Assembly: GCA_015064505.1 (NCBI GenBank)
Contig: SVSB01000001.1
Location: 56,826-120,825 of the forward strand
From: Oscillospiraceae bacterium
Lineage (GTDB): Bacteria > Bacillota > Clostridia > Oscillospirales > CAG-272
Direction of reading: 5' to 3'
DNA length: 64,000 bases
The position numbers and the translations under genes were made by a program. Shown one piece after another: positions 36,416 through 45,793 of the stretch (the stretch's first letter is position 1; every line of letters begins with the position of its first letter). The notes below the pieces were generated by a model that was not told the DNA's origin, searched no databases, and saw nothing but the letters and a program-made list of their open reading frames with translations.

Positions 36416-37846
36416 TTACTTCTCAATCAGCGTAAGCAGGACCTTCCAGATACGCTCGCAGGAGGAGATGGACATTCTCTCGCGGGGGGTGTGGATATCG
36501 TGCATATTGGCGCCGATGGATATCATATCCATATGGGGCGCCTTCTTTTTGAAGATGCCGCATTCAAGGCCGGCGTGGATGCCCTGAACATTGGGGCGGG
36601 TGCCGAACACCTTTTCGTATGCATCGCCGTACTCTGCGCAAAGAGCGCTGTTCTTGCTGTAAGCCCAGCCGGGATAACGGTTTCTTTCCGATTTTTCCGC
36701 GCCGTGGAAGATGCAAAGGGAGGTAACGATATAATCAACGCCGTCAAGCTTATCGTCGCTTGCGCTGCGGCAAAGCATGGATACGGAAAGTCCCTCCTCC
36801 GCAAGCTTTACTATGCCGATATTGGCGCTGGTTTCAACTATTCCCAGATCCTCGTTAAACTCAAGCGCACCGTAAGGCAGAATGGAAACGAATTCCGCGC
36901 ATCTGCGGCTGTCCTCGCGGGAGAGCATCTTTTCGGGGGCAAGCACTCTTTCAAGAGTAAAGCCCACTCCCGCCTTATCCTCCTCGTTGAGTCCTGCAAT
37001 AAACTCCTCCTTGTATGCCTCAAGGATCTCCGTTGCCTTCTTTATATCCGTAACCGCAAATACGGCGGATGCGGAGCGGGTAATGGCGTTATCCTTGCTT
37101 CCGCCCTCAAAGGCGCAAAGATTGACTCTTACCTGACGGCAAAGGGTCTGGAGCGCTTTTGCAAGCTCGCGGTTTGCGTTTGCTCTGCCAAGGTGGATAT
37201 CGGCGCCGCTGTGTCCGCCCGCAAGACCGTCTATCGTCAGCTTAAGGGCAACGCCGTCGCAATCCATAAAATCAAAGCGGAGCATCATATCCATACGCAT
37301 ACCGCCCGCACAGCTTACAAGCACCGTGTTCTCCTCTTCGGAATCAAGGTTCACAAGCTTTTTTGCGGTAACGGGGGCAAAATCAAAGGCGGTAGCTCCA
37401 CCAAGACCAACCTCCTCGTCGGAGGTGAAGAGGAACTCAAGTCTGGGATGGGAGGGTGCGGCACCGTCAAGAAGCGCAAGCATTGCGGCAACGGCAAAGC
37501 CGTCGTCACCGCCAAGGGTGGTGCCGTCGGCGCGGAGCCAATCGCCCTCGCGGATAAGAGTAACGCCCTCGTTCAGCACGTCCCACTGAACGCCTTCGTC
37601 CGCCTCGCATACCATATCGGTATGGCCCTGGAACATAAGAGCGTCCTCCCCTTCTCTGCCCTCGGTTGCGGGCAGAACGGCAAACACGTTATGCTTTGCG
37701 TCTCTTACGTATTCAATATTTCTTTCACGAAGGAACGCCTCCAGATAGTCGGCGATCTTTTCCTCGTGCCCCGAGGGGCGGGGGATCCTTGTTATCTCCT
37801 CAAAAAAGTGAAGCAGTCTTTCTGCGGAAGATGCTGAAAAATCCAT
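36416..37846 (-). CDS. pepD: Aminoacyl-histidine dipeptidase (M20C)
   Basis: IPRPSGHE, QGHTDMV, GTTLGGDDG, EEVGL, NLDSEE, GGHSG, HAGLECG, HTP.E. Confidence 0.93.
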   Translation of the reverse strand: MDFSASSAERLLHFFEEITRIPRPSGHEEKIADYLEAFLRERNIEYVRDAKHNVFAVLPATEGREGEDALMFQGHTDMVCEADEGVQWDVLNEGVTLIREGDWLRADGTTLGGDDGFAVAAMLALLDGAAPSHPRLEFLFTSDEEVGLGGATAFDFAPVTAKKLVNLDSEEENTVLVSCAGGMRMDMMLRFDFMDCDGVALKLTIDGLAGGHSGADIHLGRANANRELAKALQTLCRQVRVNLCAFEGGSKDNAITRSASAVFAVTDIKKATEILEAYKEEFIAGLNEEDKAGVGFTLERVLAPEKMLSREDSRRCAEFVSILPYGALEFNEDLGIVETSANIGIVKLAEEGLSVSMLCRSASDDKLDGVDYIVTSLCIFHGAEKSERNRYPGWAYSKNSALCAEYGDAYEKVFGTRPNVQGIHAGLECGIFKKKAPHMDMISIGANMHDIHTPRERMSISSCERIWKVLLTLIEK

Positions 37847-37862
37847 AATTTCCTCCAAATTA

Positions 37863-39290
37863 TTACGAAAGCTTTACGTTCTTCCATTTATCGCCCGAAA
37901 TGCGAATGCTGGAAGCGAAAGAGCGTGTAGTCTGGTCAATAAACAGCGCGATCCAGGCGCCGATAACGCCGAGCCCCGCGGGATAACAGAGCAGATAAGC
38001 AACCACGGGACGGATAATGCCGATGCTGAAAAATGATGCAACGGCAGTATAATGAGTATCGCCCGCGCCGCGCAAGCAGCCGGTATTGATGGTCTGCACC
38101 ACCTGAAAAAGCGCCACAACGGCGATGATGCGCATAATTTTTTCGCCGGTGTCCACAACGAAGGGCACGTCGGAAAATAGGCTTACAAGCCATCTGCCCC
38201 AGAGCATAAATACGGTGAACATCACAACGGAAATGATCATTCCCACTCTTTGCGCCGCCTTTGCGCTGAGCTCCGAAAGATCGGAGCGATTCTTACCCAG
38301 ATTCTGCCCAACGAGAGCGGAGGCGGCAACGCCAAGGCCGTCGCCAAAGGCAAAGGTAATGGAAATAAGGGTCATACATATCTGGTGGGTGGCAAACTCG
38401 TCGGTGCCAAGCTCCGCAACCACCTTTGCAAACATAAACATACCAAAGCGCAAGAAGAGCTGCTCAAGCCCCGTACCCATGGCAACGCGACCGATCATAC
38501 CCATATATCTGCGGCTGATATGCTTAAGGCGGGCAACGGAAAGCTTCAGGTATCCGTCCTTACGCAGAACCGAGGAAACGGAAACGGCGCAGGCGCAGAT
38601 ATTGCCAAGCAAGGTGGCGATTGCGGCACCCGTAATCTCAAGGCGGGGAAAGAACCAATGTCCGTTTATGAGAAAGAAGTTGAAAACAACGTTTACCACG
38701 TTTGCAATAACCGTGGTGCGGAAAGCGATCTTCGTGTTTGAGCAAGCGCGCTGTGCCGCGTTTATAGCCATACCGAAGGCGTTGATGCACACGCCCGCAA
38801 CGGTGATGAGAAAGTATACCCGTGCTTCGGGCAATATAGCCGCGTTCTCTCCCGTGGCTCCCGCAAATTTAAGAAGCGGAACGGCAAACAACGAAGCAAA
38901 AGCAAAGGCAAGCACCGCAAGAGCAAGGCAAAGGAGCAGGCCCGTGTGCATGGCGGCGTTAGCCCCATCACGGTCACCCTGCCCCTTTTTGCGACTTACA
39001 ACGGCAGTTATACCTGCGTTAATTGAAAAGAATAAAGCGAATATCAAAAGACGGGGCTGGTTCGTCAGTCCCACGGCGCTGATGGCAGCGGTGGAAAGAG
39101 TGCCCACCATCATGGTATCCACAAAGCTCGTCATGGCGGTAACGGCGGATTCCAGCATACTTGGCCACGCAAGCTTCAAAAAACCACCGTAAAGCTCCCG
39201 TGATCCGGGAAGCTCTCCCAACCTTTTCTCGGGCTTCAGCAAGCTCTGGGGTGAAAAAATCCTGTCAAAAAAACGTCTGAAAATACTCAT
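37863..39290 (-). CDS. MATE family efflux transporter
   Basis: LAWP, VDTMMVG, GAAIAT, GQNLG, LRGAGDT; many TM helices. Confidence 0.92.
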   Translation of the reverse strand: MSIFRRFFDRIFSPQSLLKPEKRLGELPGSRELYGGFLKLAWPSMLESAVTAMTSFVDTMMVGTLSTAAISAVGLTNQPRLLIFALFFSINAGITAVVSRKKGQGDRDGANAAMHTGLLLCLALAVLAFAFASLFAVPLLKFAGATGENAAILPEARVYFLITVAGVCINAFGMAINAAQRACSNTKIAFRTTVIANVVNVVFNFFLINGHWFFPRLEITGAAIATLLGNICACAVSVSSVLRKDGYLKLSVARLKHISRRYMGMIGRVAMGTGLEQLFLRFGMFMFAKVVAELGTDEFATHQICMTLISITFAFGDGLGVAASALVGQNLGKNRSDLSELSAKAAQRVGMIISVVMFTVFMLWGRWLVSLFSDVPFVVDTGEKIMRIIAVVALFQVVQTINTGCLRGAGDTHYTAVASFFSIGIIRPVVAYLLCYPAGLGVIGAWIALFIDQTTRSFASSIRISGDKWKNVKLS

Positions 39291-39296
39291 CTTGAA

Positions 39297-40319
39297 TTAT
39301 CTTAAATACTTTCCGTAGATGGCTCTCTCCGTGGGTCCATCACTGAAAAAGCGCATTGCCTTTCCCGTTCCTATAGCAACACACTGCTCGGGATTCTGTG
39401 GGATGCGGGCGCGCACGCCGATGCAGGAGGTGATAACGTCGCTGAGACCCGCAAGCATACTTCCGCCGCCCGTCAGCAAAATACCGTTGCTTACAAGGTC
39501 ACCGTCAAGCTCCGGGGGAGTATTGTCGATAACCTCGGTTATAGCGTCAAGTATCTGATTTATGGGATCGGTCAGCGCCTCCTTGATATCCTGAGGCGTT
39601 ACGCGCACGGTCTTTGGCAATCCTCTTGCAAGGCATCTGCCCGTAACGTCCATATACTTGCCGCTGTACTTGGGATCTGCGGGAATAAGAGTGCCCACGG
39701 TGCGCTTAAGCTCCTCTGCGGTGCGCTCACCGATAAGCACGTTATAGCGGTTCCTGATATGACGGGCAATTGCCTCGTCGAACTTATCTCCCGCCACCTT
39801 AATGGACTTGGAGGCTATAACGCCGCCAAGAGAAATGACCGCAACGTCCGTGGTTCCGCCGCCGATATCAACAACAAGATTGCCGTTGGGTGCGGTAATA
39901 TCCACACCCGCGCCGATTGCGGCGGCAACGGGCTCGGAGATAAGATAGGGACGGGTGTATCCCGCACCCGTGGCGGCATCGTGCACCGCCTTTTCCTCTA
40001 CCTCCGTAATATCTCCGGGTATGCATATAAAGAGTCTTGGCTTTATTATCTGGGTGCCGATAGCCTTGCGCAAAAAGTACTGCAGCATCTTAACGGTCAG
40101 CTCGTACTGGCTGATAACTCCGTCCTGGAGCGGCTTAACGACGCGAATATTAGCGGGGGCACGCCCAAGTATCTTGCGCGCGTCCTCGCCAAAGCAAACT
40201 ATTTCTCCCGTATCCTTTTTCACCGCCACCACAGACGGCTCCTTAAGGGCAATTCCCCTGCCCCCCACGGAAACGAGAACGTTTGAGGTTCCGAGATCGA
40301 TTCCTATATCTCTGCTCAT
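39297..40319 (-). CDS. mreB: Rod shape-determining protein MreB/Mbl
   Basis: GIDLGT, EPSVVA, EPVAAAIGAG, DIGGGTT, LTGGG. Confidence 0.93.
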   Translation of the reverse strand: MSRDIGIDLGTSNVLVSVGGRGIALKEPSVVAVKKDTGEIVCFGEDARKILGRAPANIRVVKPLQDGVISQYELTVKMLQYFLRKAIGTQIIKPRLFICIPGDITEVEEKAVHDAATGAGYTRPYLISEPVAAAIGAGVDITAPNGNLVVDIGGGTTDVAVISLGGVIASKSIKVAGDKFDEAIARHIRNRYNVLIGERTAEELKRTVGTLIPADPKYSGKYMDVTGRCLARGLPKTVRVTPQDIKEALTDPINQILDAITEVIDNTPPELDGDLVSNGILLTGGGSMLAGLSDVITSCIGVRARIPQNPEQCVAIGTGKAMRFFSDGPTERAIYGKYLR

Positions 40320-40494
40320 TATACTTCCATTATGTAAACCGCCCTTTGGCGGTAATATTTATTGATTTTCGGGTAATATACCTATACATATATAATTATA
40401 TAATACAGTATCGGGAAATGCAACACCGAAAGGGGATTTTAAGGATGTTTTTTTCTGCGTTTTTTTGGCATTTTCCGAAGCCCCAAATCACTCT

Positions 40495-40783
40495 GCCGCA
40501 GTAAAATTGTTTCGTAGGCAAGTAATAAATTTCAAAGTTATTCTGCCGCCGTAATTTTTGTTCGTAGGCGAGAAAAGGAGTTACGCTTGGATGACGGCGT
40601 ATTTTCATACGCCGAAGTCAAGCGTGACGAACTTTCCGAAGCATACGGAAGAATTTTCAAGGCGCAGCCGCAGTAAAATTGTTTCGTAGGCGAGGAAGGA
40701 AGATAGGTTTGGGCGAAGCCGTACTTACGTACGGCGAGGTCAAGCCTGTCGCACCTTCCGACGCATACGGAAGAATTTTCAAG
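40495..40783 (+). repeat. Tandem 117-bp structured repeat (two full copies, 40545-40661 and 40667-40783, plus a 25-bp partial copy)
   Basis: Shared ends GCCGC.GTAA..TT..TTCGTAGGCG and GCATACGGAAGAATTTTCAAG; nested stems with compensatory changes. Confidence 0.8.
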
Positions 40784-42998
40784 TCAGATCTTTGATTCGG
40801 CGCACAAGTCCGCTATACCTTACAGTTTGGGAATCGTTCTTCACCATATTATCAAGCACGTCCCTGCTGCCCACCAGAATAACGTAGGTACGGGCACGGG
40901 TCAGGGCGGTATAGAGCATATTACGGGTCTGTAGCATTGGTGCGCAAGGGTAGAGGGGCATCACGACGATGGGGTACTCACTTCCCTGACTCTTGTGCAC
41001 CGTTATGGCGTATGCAAGCTCAAGATCCTCAAAATCCCCAAGGGGGTATTTTACCAGTCTGTCATCAAAGCGCACCTGCGCGCCTCCCGTGGAGGGATCG
41101 AACTTAACGATAACGCCGATATCGCCGTTATAAACTCCCCTGCCGTCCTTGCCGTTTGCCTTCCACTCCAGCTCGTAATTATTGCGGGTCTGCATAACCT
41201 TGTCGCCCTCGCGGAACAGTCTGCCGCTGAGCTCCTTTTCCGCTTTTTGGGGGCTTTTTGGGTTAAGGCGGTCGCGGAGCATCAGGTTAAGATTCTCCGT
41301 TCCCGCAACGCCCTTTCTTGCGGGGGTGATAACCTGCACGCCTCTTTTGCCCATATCTCCGTAGCTTGCGGGAAGTCTGCGTGCGCAAAGATCCGCAACT
41401 GTCAGCGCGGTGCTCTCGCTGTTTTCTCTCGGAAGAAAGAAAAAGTCCTTGTCCTTTGCGTCAAGCTTTGGCATCTCGCCGCGATTTACGGCGTGTGCGT
41501 TGCTGACGATAAGACTCTCCTCCGCCTGCCTGAATATCTCCGTTAGCCTTACGGTGGGAAACGCCTCGGATTCTATTATATCCCACAGCACCTTTCCCGC
41601 GCCAACGGGAGGAAGCTGATCGCTGTCTCCGATAAATATAAGTCGGCATCCCGGGCGTATCGCCTTAACGAGCGCATCGCACAGGAAAATATCAAGCATA
41701 CTTGCTTCGTCTATGATAATTACTCTTGCTTCGAGGGGGGTCATTGCGTCGCGCATAAAGCGCGCTTCCCCCTCGTCTCCCTGATAGTCCATCTCAAGAA
41801 GGCGGTGCACCGTCTTTGCCTCGTGGCTCGTTGCCTCGCTCATTCTTTTGGCGGCTCTGCCCGTGGGTGCGGCAAGAGCGCACTCAAGTCCCATCTCCTC
41901 AAAAATGCGGATAAGGGCAAGGATAACGGTGGTCTTTCCCGTGCCGGGGCCTCCCGTGATAACGGAAACGCCCGACTCCACGGCACTGACGATAGCCTTC
42001 TTCTGCATGGGTGCGTAAACTATGCCGCTTTCCGCCTCTATAACGCCGATAAGACCGTTTACGTCGCTTACCCCGATGCGGGCACAACGGCGGTCCAGAT
42101 CCGCAAGGCGCATGGCGATATCCCTCTCCGTTTCCCATACGTGCTTTCTGTATAGAAGTCCCGTCCTGCCCTCGCAGATTATCTCTCCCTCCGCGATAAG
42201 CGCGTCTCGCTGTGCTCTTACCTCCTCCTCGCTTACGGAGATAAGCTTTGCCGTCTGCTCCTCAAGGATCTCCGTTGGGAGACAGCAATGCCCTCCGCTT
42301 GCGGCAACGGAGCCGAGCACGTGCATAATGGCACAGCGTACGCGATAAGCGGCGTTTCCGCTGAAGCCCATAGAGGAAGCAAGCTTGTCCGCGCGGGCAA
42401 AGCCGATACCCTCAAATTCATCCGCAAGGCGGTACGGATTCTCCTCCACCAGCTTTGCTGCAGAGCTTCCCCATTTTTTATAAACGCGCATTGCCATGGT
42501 GGGAGAAAGAGCGTCTCCGCACAAAAGCAGCAAGCTCCTCATACCCGATCTTTTTGCAAAGCTCTCCCCTATCTCACGCGCCTTTTTTGGAGATATTCCC
42601 GGTATCTCCGCAAGCCACAGGGGGTGCTTATCCATTATTTCAAAGGTCTTTTCTCCAAAGCGGTTTATTATTTTGACGGCGGTCTTGGGTCCTACCCCGG
42701 GCACGGCGCCCGAGGCAAGATAACGGAGCATTGCCTCCGTACCCGAGGGAAGCATACGCTCGTATTCCTTAATTTTCAGCTGGCGGCCGTACTCCGCGTG
42801 CTTCATCCATTCGCCGATGGCGTGAAGGGTCTCCCCCTCCGCAACGTCGGGCATAATGCCAACGAGGGTCACCTCGTCCCCTCCGTTATCAAGGCGCACC
42901 ACGGTATATCCGCTTTCATCACTGCGGAACACCACCTGCGTTACAACGCCGCTTACTTTTTCTTCGTTTTCTCTAAGCTCTTCCCTCACGGTCATCAT
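40779..42998 (-). CDS. recD2: ATP-dependent RecD2-like DNA helicase
   Basis: ENPYRL, GIGF..AD, GGPGTGKT, APTGRAA, DEASM, QLPPVG, TVHKSQGSE, YTALTRA; start uncertain (42998 or 43028). Confidence 0.95.
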   Translation of the reverse strand: MMTVREELRENEEKVSGVVTQVVFRSDESGYTVVRLDNGGDEVTLVGIMPDVAEGETLHAIGEWMKHAEYGRQLKIKEYERMLPSGTEAMLRYLASGAVPGVGPKTAVKIINRFGEKTFEIMDKHPLWLAEIPGISPKKAREIGESFAKRSGMRSLLLLCGDALSPTMAMRVYKKWGSSAAKLVEENPYRLADEFEGIGFARADKLASSMGFSGNAAYRVRCAIMHVLGSVAASGGHCCLPTEILEEQTAKLISVSEEEVRAQRDALIAEGEIICEGRTGLLYRKHVWETERDIAMRLADLDRRCARIGVSDVNGLIGVIEAESGIVYAPMQKKAIVSAVESGVSVITGGPGTGKTTVILALIRIFEEMGLECALAAPTGRAAKRMSEATSHEAKTVHRLLEMDYQGDEGEARFMRDAMTPLEARVIIIDEASMLDIFLCDALVKAIRPGCRLIFIGDSDQLPPVGAGKVLWDIIESEAFPTVRLTEIFRQAEESLIVSNAHAVNRGEMPKLDAKDKDFFFLPRENSESTALTVADLCARRLPASYGDMGKRGVQVITPARKGVAGTENLNLMLRDRLNPKSPQKAEKELSGRLFREGDKVMQTRNNYELEWKANGKDGRGVYNGDIGVIVKFDPSTGGAQVRFDDRLVKYPLGDFEDLELAYAITVHKSQGSEYPIVVMPLYPCAPMLQTRNMLYTALTRARTYVILVGSRDVLDNMVKNDSQTVRYSGLVRRIKDLT

Positions 42999-43165
42999 CC
43001 TCTGGTACGTCAAAAAGTTTACACACAATCAAATAAAACTCACGCAATGCGTGAAAAACGCCGTAAAGCGCGAAAACGCAAATGAAAATTTCAAGCATAA
43101 ACACCCCTCCGATTTCAGGATATGCCAAAACCGAAGGGGTGTTTAAACTAATTCAGCTATTCAGC

Positions 43166-44332
43166 TTATTTCAGCTTTTCCGCAAGATCTCTTGCTTCCC
43201 AAGCAACGTTAAGATCCTCGCGGCCCATATGACCGTAAGCGGAGAGCTGACGGTAAATGGGACGGCGCAGACCGAACTTCTCGATAATTGCGGCGGGACG
43301 GAGATCAACCAGTGCGCTTACCTTATCCGCTATCTCACTATCGGCGATCTTGCCGGTGCCAAAGGTATCAACGCGGACGGAAAGAGGACGGGCAACGCCG
43401 ATGGCGTAAGCAAGCTGTACCTCGCAACGGCGGGCAAGTCCTGCGGCAACTATGTTCTTTGCAAGATATCTTGCGGCGTAGCAGGCACTGCGGTCAACCT
43501 TGGTGGGATCCTTACCGCTGAAGGCACCGCCGCCGTGACGTGCGTATCCGCCGTAGGTATCAACGATTATCTTTCTGCCCGTAAGACCCGTATCTCCCTG
43601 AGGACCGCCCACAACGAAACGGCCCGTGGGGTTTACGTATATCTTGGTGTTCTCGTCAATAAGCTTTTCGGGGCATATCTTATAAATTACCTCGCGGCAC
43701 ACGTCCTCGCGGATCTGCTCCTGAGTTACCTCCGGATCGTGCTGAGAGGAAACGACTATCGCCTCAAGGCGTACGGGCTCGTCCCCATCGTACTCAACGG
43801 TTACCTGAGTCTTTCCGTCGGGACGGAGATAGGGGAGGGTCTTTGAGAGGCGAACCTCGTCAAGACGCTTTGCAAGAGCGTGGGCCAAAGAAATGGGCAG
43901 GGGCATCAGCTCGGGAGTTTCGTCGCAGGCGTAGCCGAACATAAGACCCTGATCTCCCGCACCCGTATCAAGTCCGTCGCTTTCTCCCTGCTTTGCCTCA
44001 AGGCATTTATCAACGCCGAGAGCAATATCGGGGGACTGACCGTGGATGGAGTTAAGAACCGCGCAGGTATCCGCATCAAAGCCGTACTTTGCGCGGGTGT
44101 AGCCGATCTCGCGTACCGCGTTTCTTACTATACCCTCAATATCCACGTAAGCGGAAGTGGTTATCTCACCCATAACGCACACGATACCCGTCGTTGTGAA
44201 GCTCTCACACGCAACGCGGGCGGTGGGATCCTCCGCAATGATGGCGTCAAGCACGGAATCACTTATTCTGTCACACATTTTATCGGGGTGACCCATGGTA
44301 ACAGACTCACTTGTAAAAAGCTTTCTTTCCAT
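43166..44332 (-). CDS. metK: S-adenosylmethionine synthetase
   Basis: [39 protein letters not shown]. Confidence 0.98.
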   Translation of the reverse strand: MERKLFTSESVTMGHPDKMCDRISDSVLDAIIAEDPTARVACESFTTTGIVCVMGEITTSAYVDIEGIVRNAVREIGYTRAKYGFDADTCAVLNSIHGQSPDIALGVDKCLEAKQGESDGLDTGAGDQGLMFGYACDETPELMPLPISLAHALAKRLDEVRLSKTLPYLRPDGKTQVTVEYDGDEPVRLEAIVVSSQHDPEVTQEQIREDVCREVIYKICPEKLIDENTKIYVNPTGRFVVGGPQGDTGLTGRKIIVDTYGGYARHGGGAFSGKDPTKVDRSACYAARYLAKNIVAAGLARRCEVQLAYAIGVARPLSVRVDTFGTGKIADSEIADKVSALVDLRPAAIIEKFGLRRPIYRQLSAYGHMGREDLNVAWEARDLAEKLK

Positions 44333-44351
44333 ATTTTTTAACCTCCGGGCG

Positions 44352-44476
44352 AAAAAAGCGCTCCCGATCCCCGAGAGCGCTTTGTATCTCATCTCTCAGG
44401 ATTTGGCACCTTTTTTGCAATGCAAACAGGTTGCCGGGCTTCATCGGGCCAGTCCCTCCGCCTCTCTTGATAAGAA
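44352..44476 (-). ncRNA. SAM-I (S-box) riboswitch with expression-platform terminator, P4-less form
   Basis: Minus strand CTTATCAAGAGAGGCGGAGGGACTGGCCCGATGAAGCCCGGCAACC...GGTGCCAAATCC...GATGAG, then AAAGCGCTC..GAGCGCTTTTTT, upstream of metK. Confidence 0.93.
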
Positions 44477-44495
44477 TTATTATTTTAACTGTATG

Positions 44496-44524
44496 ATTAT
44501 AGCACGCGATTTTTAAAAATGCAA
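44496..44524 (-). promoter_or_regulatory. SigmaA promoter for the metK leader
   Basis: TTGCAT-17-TATAAT with extended TG. Confidence 0.75.
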
Positions 44525-44559
44525 TACTTTAGCCCCGTTTTCTGCGTTTTTATCCGTTT

Positions 44560-45039
44560 TTACAGTAAAAAATTGAGAAATCCGAGAGCGCCGTAAGCAA
44601 TAAGACTGACGATAACGCCCGCAACGAGCACACCGAAGAAAACGGAGAGGAGAGAATGCTTAAGCCTCATCTCCAGCAGTGCCGCAACGAGAGATCCCGT
44701 CCACGCACCCGTACCGGGCAAAGGAATGGCAACGAACAGCATAAGACCCCAGGTGGCGTACTTGCTTACCCTATCCGAGTTTTTTGCCGCGCGCTCCTCA
44801 AGCCACAGGGCGATCTTATCCAATTTGGGCACCTTTTTCATCCAATTAAGCACCGCGCGGATAAAGAGCAGAATGAACGGCACGGGCAGAAAATTGCCCA
44901 CCACGCACACTATGTAGTTTATATACCACGGAAGTCCCAGCCCCGCTCCAAGGGGTATCGCGCCGCGGAGCTCAATAACGGGCACCATGGAAAGAAGAAA
45001 CGTGTATATAACGTCCCAAAGCTCAAAGGTATCGGGCAT
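44560..45039 (-). CDS. Small multidrug-export family (COG2426) membrane protein
   Basis: PVIELRGAIP, FVAIPLPGTGAWTG. Confidence 0.9.
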   Translation of the reverse strand: MPDTFELWDVIYTFLLSMVPVIELRGAIPLGAGLGLPWYINYIVCVVGNFLPVPFILLFIRAVLNWMKKVPKLDKIALWLEERAAKNSDRVSKYATWGLMLFVAIPLPGTGAWTGSLVAALLEMRLKHSLLSVFFGVLVAGVIVSLIAYGALGFLNFLL

Positions 45040-45099
45040 TTTTCACCTCAAAAAAGAATTGCTTACATTCTATCATAACACGCGCACGGTGTCAACTTA

Positions 45100-45777
45100 C
45101 TATTTTATCTTTCCGTATTTTCTTCTGAATACGAGAAAGGCGGTGATTATCATCACGGCGTCGATGCCGAGTATTATCCAGAAGGCGGGAGTGCCTCTTC
45201 CCACGGCGGCGCCGCCCAGAAGAGTTACCCATATCATACCGGGAGTAATACCCAACATACTGCTTATAAGAAAAGTGGGATAGCTTACGCCCATGGAGCC
45301 CAGAAACAGCCCCAGAAGATCGCTTGGCAGACTCAGCACCCGCAGAATAAGGGAAAGCATAAAGGAATACTCACGCTCGCTTTCCGATATTCTGCGAAGC
45401 TGCTTATTTTTGGCAAGAGCCTTCTCCACCCACGGTCCGCCCGCCTGAGAGCGCCCAACGAAATAAGGGAGAGAAACGCAGATGGCAGTGCCGATAAGAT
45501 TTATTATCAGCGCCTCCCAAAAGGGGAAAAGCAAGCCCGCCGCCGCAACGGGAATATTATACAGCACGAACACCGTCATGCTTTTTACCGCAAACAGCAA
45601 AATTATCAGAAGCGCGGTAACGAAGCGATTACTGCCCGAGAGTCTCTCGTATATCCCCTCCGCGGTAAGCTCCTCTCCCGAGGTGAGCAGAAACACCGCC
45701 GCTCCGATAACGAACAGCAGCATAAGCACCACGGGCAGGTAGCCGAACATATTTTCCTTTTCTCTTGCTTTTTTCAT
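45100..45777 (-). CDS. TVP38/TMEM64 (DedA superfamily) membrane protein
   Basis: AGLLF, YFVGR, LILR..LP.D, FLISS.LG..P. Confidence 0.8.
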   Translation of the reverse strand: MKKAREKENMFGYLPVVLMLLFVIGAAVFLLTSGEELTAEGIYERLSGSNRFVTALLIILLFAVKSMTVFVLYNIPVAAAGLLFPFWEALIINLIGTAICVSLPYFVGRSQAGGPWVEKALAKNKQLRRISESEREYSFMLSLILRVLSLPSDLLGLFLGSMGVSYPTFLISSMLGITPGMIWVTLLGGAAVGRGTPAFWIILGIDAVMIITAFLVFRRKYGKIK

Positions 45778-45793
45778 CTTTTACTTCCGTTTT

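Noticed and set aside
40495-40783. CRISPR array interpretation of the repeated GCCGCAGTAAAATTGTTTCGTAGGC
   Set aside because: Only 2-3 copies, irregular spacing, the intervening sequences are homologous structured arms rather than unique spacers, and no cas genes are present.
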